Positions 15,745-22,453 of a stretch of DNA of 22,453 nucleotides are shown here, one piece after another. The notes beneath the pieces were generated by a model, which was not told the origin of the DNA, did not search any database, and saw only the letters and a program-made list of their open reading frames with translations. How positions within the stretch are numbered: position 1 is the stretch's first letter; each line of letters begins with the position of its first letter. Made by a program: the position numbers and the translations under genes. This DNA comes from Bacillales bacterium (GTDB lineage: Bacteria; Bacillota_I; Bacilli_A; RF39; UBA660), in contig JAEEVN010000017.1 in assembly GCA_016290885.1 (NCBI GenBank), positions 1 to 22,453 of the forward strand, given 5' to 3'.

Positions 15745-16925
15745 TTACTCAAACAAGAGATTTTTCTGATAATGACGTTATAGCAACACTACAATTTTCA
15801 ACGCCAATTCCGGAGTCTAAGACGTATCCGTTTACTGTTAAATTAAGTGCGGACGGGCAGACCTGGACAGAGGTTGTATTTTATGGAAACAAATTTATAA
15901 ACGCTGGTGAAACTAAAGTTAAATTAAATATCACACCGTTTATACAGATGTTGACATATAAACCGACTTATGATGAGCTGTATAATATGGAATTGGCAAC
16001 TGCTGTTGAGAATTTTGTTATTAAAACAGTACAAGTTAACTTATATAATGATTATGTTGCACCTGAGTATCTATTGGGCACACAATATGTTACAGCGGTT
16101 GATATTATAAGATACCCTAACTATCACGACAGATTAGAGGTGATGATTGGTGATGATGTAGTCACTCAAGATTCTAACGTTATTCAAACTTTGATACAAG
16201 GTAACGGGCACGAATTTACTCCAGGTAAAATATTTCCTAAAGACTTTGGTGATTCAACTGGTGAAAATATGCTGCTGACTCCAGTATTTCCTATGAGAAC
16301 ACAAGGAACTTGGGCAGTTTCCGATATATTTATAGGTTACCAATGTGCAAATATCACAAGTGATGTTTATGTGACTTATAAATATTTAGGATTTGATAGT
16401 TAGAGTGTTTTAATAGATAACATACAAGGTACAGCTGTTAAATCTGGTTATTTGCATTTACAATATAACGATCCAACTTTTCCAGTTGACTCAGTATATT
16501 TTGAAATAAACGGGGATTACACTAAAATAGCAAATATTGACTTCGCTCCGTGCAGCAGATACTATTTAATGTGGCAGGACAGGTACAGCGGGTTCCAGTG
16601 TCAGCCGTTTGAGAAAGCTTCAACATATAAGGAGCAATTCAAATACGATGAGATCCAAAAGGCGAATCTGACCCGTGTCAAAACTCAGACTGATGTCCAA
16701 CCATCGTGGGAAATAAACTCAGGCTGGATTGACGCTGATGTTTACCCCTGTTATGAGTCAATATTTATAAGCCGAAGTCTGACCTTGATTGACACCGTCG
16801 ATAACATAAATTACAATGTAATTGTTAAAGACACATCTTATACTGAGAAAACATTCAGAAACCAAAATAGAAAAATGTTTAATCTAAAATTAAACTTAGA
16901 ATTAGCTAAGAAACAAGTATGCTGA
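15741..16925 (+). CDS. Tail/baseplate protein, distal-tail-protein-like (394 aa, 1 TAG)
   Basis: ORF-track pieces 15741 and 16452 share a frame and are joined through TAG 16401-16403. The region is GC-rich (about 48% in a hand-counted line). The stop is TGA at 16923-16925. Confidence 0.6.
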
Positions 16926-19900
16926 TAAAATTATTTATAGAAAATCAGGAGATAGAATTGAAAGATAGTGTCCAATTCTTGCTCAATAAACAATTTGAAG
17001 ATATAACAAACCCGACCATCATCATAAATGAGTGGAGCAAAACCGTGGAGATTCCTTCAACTCAGCATAATGATGAGGTGTTTGGACATATTTACTCTCC
17101 GGATAAGATCATCGTAGATGAATCAGTTCCGTCTGTACTTATCAAAACTGAGTCTAATAAACTGACCACTTCCTATTATTCTCCTGTTTCCAGCAGGTAC
17201 AACACCACATTTGATGTGAATGTTAATTATGCTCATATCACAATGACTCCGACTCCGAATGTTGGCAGCGGCAGTTTAACTTAGTTTGCAGTTTACGTGG
17301 GTGAACTTGCATCTAGTGCACCTTATAATCAATTAACACACCAACATCTTTTAGGCTATGTTAGCAGCGGTGTGCAGAGACTGACATTTACAGCAACCGA
17401 ACATAATAACGCCATTAAAATTGCAGCCAGTGGAGGTGCTGACTATTACCCTTCATTTGTTATCGCGAACGGAATAAATCACGATATGTTTACGCCAGGC
17501 GTAGAATACACGTTTATTATTGACTTCACAACTGCGCAGTGGGGAAATGTAAGTAATATAAACCTTGATTTCAATGTGTCACTGGCTGCTAAGGTTTTTG
17601 ACTATAAACATTTCGGTGTTTACTTTGATCCTTATCGTAAGCTGGACTTCCGTCTTGAATGGAACGAATCCACTGTTATGGAAGGTTACGCCAAACTGAA
17701 TGAAATAAAAAGGACTTAGAGCAAGACTGTTTACTCTATGACTCTTAACGGAGTTTTAGGCAAGGTGTTTCAGGAGCTGAAGAAAATAACATTTGATAAG
17801 GCATTATTAAATTCTGAAGATGCGCAATATGTTATTCCAGGCTGGGAATATTATCAAGAGCGTATTAATAGGCAGTTAGTATTAGGCAGTTGGGAAAATA
17901 TACCAAGAAATTATTTAGATATAGCATCTGCTATAGGACATCCTGAATAGTTTGTAGGGTTTTTACCTAATAATGCTTTTTCAGAAGATTTTGATTATAA
18001 ATCTTATATAGGTCCAGATAAAGCAAATCATAAATTTGAAGATGCATTACCTTCTACTTTTGCTCAAAGTACTGGAATACAACCTTCCACTATTATTTCT
18101 GATGGGTTAAAACCAAGAGATATAGGAGAGTTCCGTTCTTATAACCAACTACCATTTTATTGGTGGGATATGTTCTGGCAGATATTTCAAGCAAGAGCTG
18201 AAATAATAACTGGATATACTTGGGATTGTAGTGATAACTGGTTTACTGTTAACAATCCTTATTGGAGAAATTGGATTATTAAAGTAAGGGATTTTCCAGT
18301 AGTACCTTAGGAGGAAAGATAGTCCTTTACAAATATTTATAATGTAAATAATATAACTTGTAGAACTTACCCTTCAATTTTATTTTGGGGAGGTTATTAT
18401 CAAACAACAACAAATAATGATTGGACTAATCCAATATAGTGCTCTTTTTATATGAGAGATGTTAATATTGAAAAACCAGTTTATGCTGTAGGAACAACTG
18501 CTTATAATTCATATTATCAATTTTTAGAAGATTGTGATATTATCAATATACCATCAACTGCATTTTGTCTATCAACAGAATCTAGAGCACCTATTTCTAT
18601 AAGTAATAATATATATTGGAGACATTATAGATTAAAAATAAATTATTAGTTTTTAGATATAGATACAAATACAGTAGTATTAGAACAACCTTTTTATGTT
18701 TATTCAAACGCAGATAAACAAAATCCAGATAATTACTTTGATATTATTATTAATAGTCAAGGTCAAAAAACAAGTTCAATATGGTATTGGACTATAAATA
18801 TTCCTAATTATAAAATAGATAGACAGACTTTAAATTTAACTAGTGATAGGTTTAGAGTTAATATGATTTTATCTTGGGAACCATTAACAGGAGCTAGTGA
18901 AAATCCTTTTATAGTTACTTCAAGTACTTTATATGATTATGCTATGGAAATAAAACTTCCATATTAGATAGATTTAGGTTCTCAACAAAGTGTAAATATT
19001 GAAACATATAAATAGTATCGTAGTTATAGTAAATTTGATTATAATGATTTATGGGATAATGAGCACAGCCCTTTTGAATTTATTTTGAACTATTGTAAGA
19101 TGTTTCGTATTGGTATTAGAGTTGATGATAAACAGAAGAAAGTTATCTTTAAACCTATTCACAAATATTTAAATGAGGGTGACAACTCATTAGACTGGAC
19201 AGATAAGGTTGACTATAGCAAAGATTTTGTTGTTAAACCAATATCTTGGGAAAACAAATATATTAAATTTAATTATGATGGATTTGACACACGTTCAAAC
19301 TCTAAATATAACAAATAGTTTGGTTTTAATTATGGTGAGAAACAAATAATAACAAGCTATAACTTTAATGAGGAAGATAAAAATCTATTTAATAATATAA
19401 AAATAGGAGTTACTTATACTCCTACAGTTGTTTCTTGGAATAATTTATATGATGAAAAAATAATATTTACTATACCAAGTGAAGGTTATTTAGAAAACTT
19501 TGAAGATGAAGGTAATAAGTAGATTTATATGTTTGGGTTGACTGGTTTTGTATCTGAAATAGGTGCTTTTGATGAATCTTCATCATTAAGACAGGTTATA
19601 ATAACAGACGATAGTTTAACAGAAACACAAAATAATGTGTATTGTTTTAATTAGTCTGGAAATTCTTTACAAGCTACTGTTTATCCTTTATATTCAAATT
19701 ATACAGAGTATTATAGTTTACCTATTGTGTTATATTCAACTTTTAATACACCATTAAAAACCTATACAACTGTAAATCCATTACCAGGTAAACAAAGTTA
19801 CGACATATACACATTATTCTGGAAGCGTTACATAGAAGAGCGTTATGACAGGAATAATAAGGTTGTTACTTGTTATATTAATATCACACCGGAGGAGTAT

Positions 19901-20068
19901 CAGAATTTTGAATTTAATAAGTTTGTAAATATAGACAATCAGCTGTACTTTGTCAACCGTATATTTGACTTTAACCTGACAAGTAATGAGCCGACTAAAA
20001 TGGAGCTTATTACTATTCAAAATCCGTCAGCATATAGGACAAACATTTATAATGAAATATTAAATTAA
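16919..20068 (+). CDS. Large tail/baseplate hub protein (1049 aa, 12 in-frame TAG)
   Basis: ORF-track pieces 16919, 17297, 17738, 18452, 19085 and 19727 are all in the same frame. My translation of the gaps found only TAG interruptions. The stop is TAA at 20066-20068. Confidence 0.7.
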
Positions 20069-20070
20069 TT

Positions 20071-21822
20071 ATGGCAGACGCAAATTATACAATTAGTATT
20101 AACAGTGGAGATTCTGTAAAAACTATTTCTTAGTTAGAAAATAAAGTTAATGAATTATCTAATTCTTTAAAAACTTGTGAAATTAATTCTGAAGAGTTCG
20201 CAAAGACATCTAAAGAATTAGATAATTATAAAACACAATTAAATGCCTTAAATTTATCATCTAAAAGTTTAGGTGAAAATATTGCTAAAGCATCGGCTGG
20301 TATAGTAGGGGGATTTTAGGCAGCACAAGGAGCACTTGCTTTATTTGGTGTTGAGTCAGAATCAGTAGCTAAATCTATTGAAAGAATGTAGGCTTTAATG
20401 TCCTTATCACAAGGTATTAAAAGTATAACAGAAGGAGTACAATCATTTAAGACTTTATCCGCTTCTATTAATTTAGGTACTAAAGCTTTAGGTGGTTTTA
20501 AGAAAGGTTTAATAGCAACTGGTTTAGGTGCATTAGTTGTAGTATTAGGTTCAATTATTGCAAACTGGGAGGAATTTACAGAAGCAATAGGTATTAGTGA
20601 AGATCAATTATAGAAATTCAGTCAAGTTCTAGGTGGTGTAACTAACGTAGCGTTAACAGCTGTTAAAAGTATAGCTACATCCTTTGGTAAATTATTTAAA
20701 GGTGATTTCTCTGGCGCGTTAGACTCTATTAAACAAGGTTTTGATATTACAAAATCCTACAACGAAGGTGTTCAAAATAAGATTGTAGAACAGAATGAGG
20801 AAGCAGTAAAAAAATCAGTCGCTGCTTGGGAAGAATATGTAAAAGAACGTAATAAACAACTTGATACAGAAGCTTCTAAAGTAAAGGCTACTATTGATGA
20901 TGAAATTAAACAAAGAGAGGAACTTTTAAAGATTGAGAAAAATCGTCTTAAATTATATAAAGAAGGTAGTAAAGAATATTATGATCAATTATTAAAGGTT
21001 AAATAGCTGAGTAAGACCGATGAAGAGTCTACACCTGAACCTAAACCTATTGTTGATACAAAGTAGATGGAAAAAGATCTGGAAAATATTAAAAATATTT
21101 AGACCAGATTAAAAGAGTCTTCTATGGAAGAGGAAGAACTTGAACTTGAACGTTTAAGAACTAAATATGAATCCGAAAAAGAACTACTTATCCAATATAA
21201 TGAAGACACAACAGCCCTGACAGAGGAGTATGAAAATTCAAAAACTGCTATTCAGGAAAAGTATCAGAAACAAAGAGATAAACTTTAGAAAGATGAGCTT
21301 ACATCTTAGATGAGTGGAGCACTAACCTTAATAAATGGTTTTTCATCTTCACTTAGTAAGATAGCAGATTTAATAGGTGATGAAAGCGAGGAGGCATTTG
21401 AAGCAAGTAAAGCATTCCAAATATCATCAGTTGTTCTGTCTACTATAACAGGTGCAATTCAAGCATATATTGGTGCTGCTACTAACTCAGGTATTAATGC
21501 CATTCCAGTTGTAGGTCCTATTCTAGCACAGGCGTTGGGTGCTACAAATGCTGCTTTAATTGCTGCATCAGGTGCAATTGAAATAGCTAATATTTCAAAG
21601 ACAAAATTTGGTGATAAAAATATTTCATCATCTGTCAGTTCTGCTACTCCTTCTTCTTCTGCTATAAATTCAACTATTGTACCTCCAACTGAATATTCAG
21701 AAGCAATACAAGGAGCAACTTTAGAGTAGAAAGTTGGTGACACCAGAGTTTATGTAACTGAAGGTGATATTAGGTCAACTACATCTAAAGTATAGGTAGC
21801 TGAATCTGAATCAAGATATTAA
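20071..21822 (+). CDS. Tape-measure-like protein (583 aa, 11 in-frame TAG)
   Basis: ATG at 20071. ORF-track pieces 20398 and 21310 are in frame with it. The sequence has Gly/Ala-rich hydrophobic stretches (GLIATGLGALVVVLGSIIANW, GAIQAYIGAATNSGINAIPVVGPILAQALGATNAALIAASGA) flanking a long charged coiled-coil. The stop is TAA at 21820-21822. Confidence 0.7.
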
Positions 21823-21864
21823 TTTACACTTTTTTAATTTTATATATTATTAAAATAAAAAACT

Positions 21865-22434
21865 ATGAGAAGTATTCCAGTTTATAAAGCAATTGTAACA
21901 GACGATGAGGAAGGTATAGCTAAAATGTCTTTAGTTACTACTCCAGCTGTTCAGTCAGATTTTCTTAAATTTGAAAAGTAGGAGTCTATTAAATTATCTT
22001 TTGATGAAGATGAGCATATTGTATTAGGAGTTGCTTTACGATGTGATTTTCCTATTTATAGAAAAACAGATAATCAAGAATTTTATGTGATGTTTGATAA
22101 AGATTCTATTAAAAATATTTATTAGAAATTTATGAAAAATCCAAATAAAGTAAATCTACAGCATTCTAAAGATATAGAAGATATATATCTTATTCAATCT
22201 TTTATAAAAGATACAGAGAAAGGTATATCACCTAAAGGTTTTGAAGATATTGAAGATTATTCTTGGTTTGTAGGATATAAAGTTGACAATTTAGAAGTTT
22301 GGGATAAGATTAAGAAAAATGAACTTAATGGTTTTTCTATAGAAGGTTTATTTACTTTAATAGATACTGATATAGAATTTGAAGAGGATGATTTAGAGAA
22401 TTATGTAAATGAATTAATTAAGGTTTACAAATAA
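21865..22434 (+). CDS. XkdF-like putative prohead serine protease (189 aa, 2 TAG)
   Basis: ATG at 21865 is in frame with ORF 22132..22434. Family-like features are SLVTTPAVQSDF, VNLQHS, WFVGYKV...VWDKIKKNELNGFSIEG. It lies upstream of the scaffold and capsid genes across the circular junction. Confidence 0.65.
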
Positions 22435-22453
22435 AAGATTTTATATATTATTT
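22327..22453. repeat. Terminal direct repeat, copy B (identical to 1..127)
   Basis: Direct comparison with the window start. Confidence 0.95.

Noticed and set aside
1-22453. TGA reassignment (code 4) suggested by the very low GC
   Set aside because: TGA ends many genes, frequently in ATGA overlaps with the next start (3570, 4097, 13299, 15030, 15742). No gene needs an in-frame TGA to be read through.

Overview
This window appears to be a complete, circularly assembled tailed-phage genome. Positions 1-127 are identical to 22327-22453, giving a unit length of 22,326 bp. The backbone is very AT-rich (hand-counted 60-nt lines give about 18-22% GC). All credible genes lie on the + strand, are tightly packed and often share ATGA start/stop overlaps. 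The main result is that TAG is not a stop codon here. About 70 in-frame TAGs interrupt clearly single genes (terminase large subunit, portal, tape-measure-like protein, a 1049-aa tail protein and others). Every reconstructed gene ends in TAA or TGA. The genome also encodes its own CUA-anticodon (amber suppressor) tRNA at 8781-8867, which has an unusual 20-nt variable region. Read with TAG as sense (most likely Gln, code-15-like), the genome resolves into four modules. (1) Head: XkdF-like protease, scaffold, capsid, abundant structural protein, portal and connector proteins. (2) Receptor binding and lysis: two GC-rich, almost TAG-free leucine-rich-repeat proteins, holin, M15 peptidase and a spanin-like protein. 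(3) Early/replication: tRNA, a 500-bp non-coding region, a TAG-free SF2 helicase, a PD-(D/E)xK-like nuclease and a sigma factor split into two ORFs. (4) Packaging and tail: TerS, TerL, a chaperone-like gene with a likely -1 frameshift, baseplate/tail proteins and a tape-measure-like protein. Bacteroidetes-type promoter motifs (TAnnTTTG) and the absence of Shine-Dalgarno sequences suggest a Bacteroidota host. No integrase, repressor, CRISPR array or reverse transcriptase was seen. All functional calls come from hand translation and remembered family motifs; no database search was possible.
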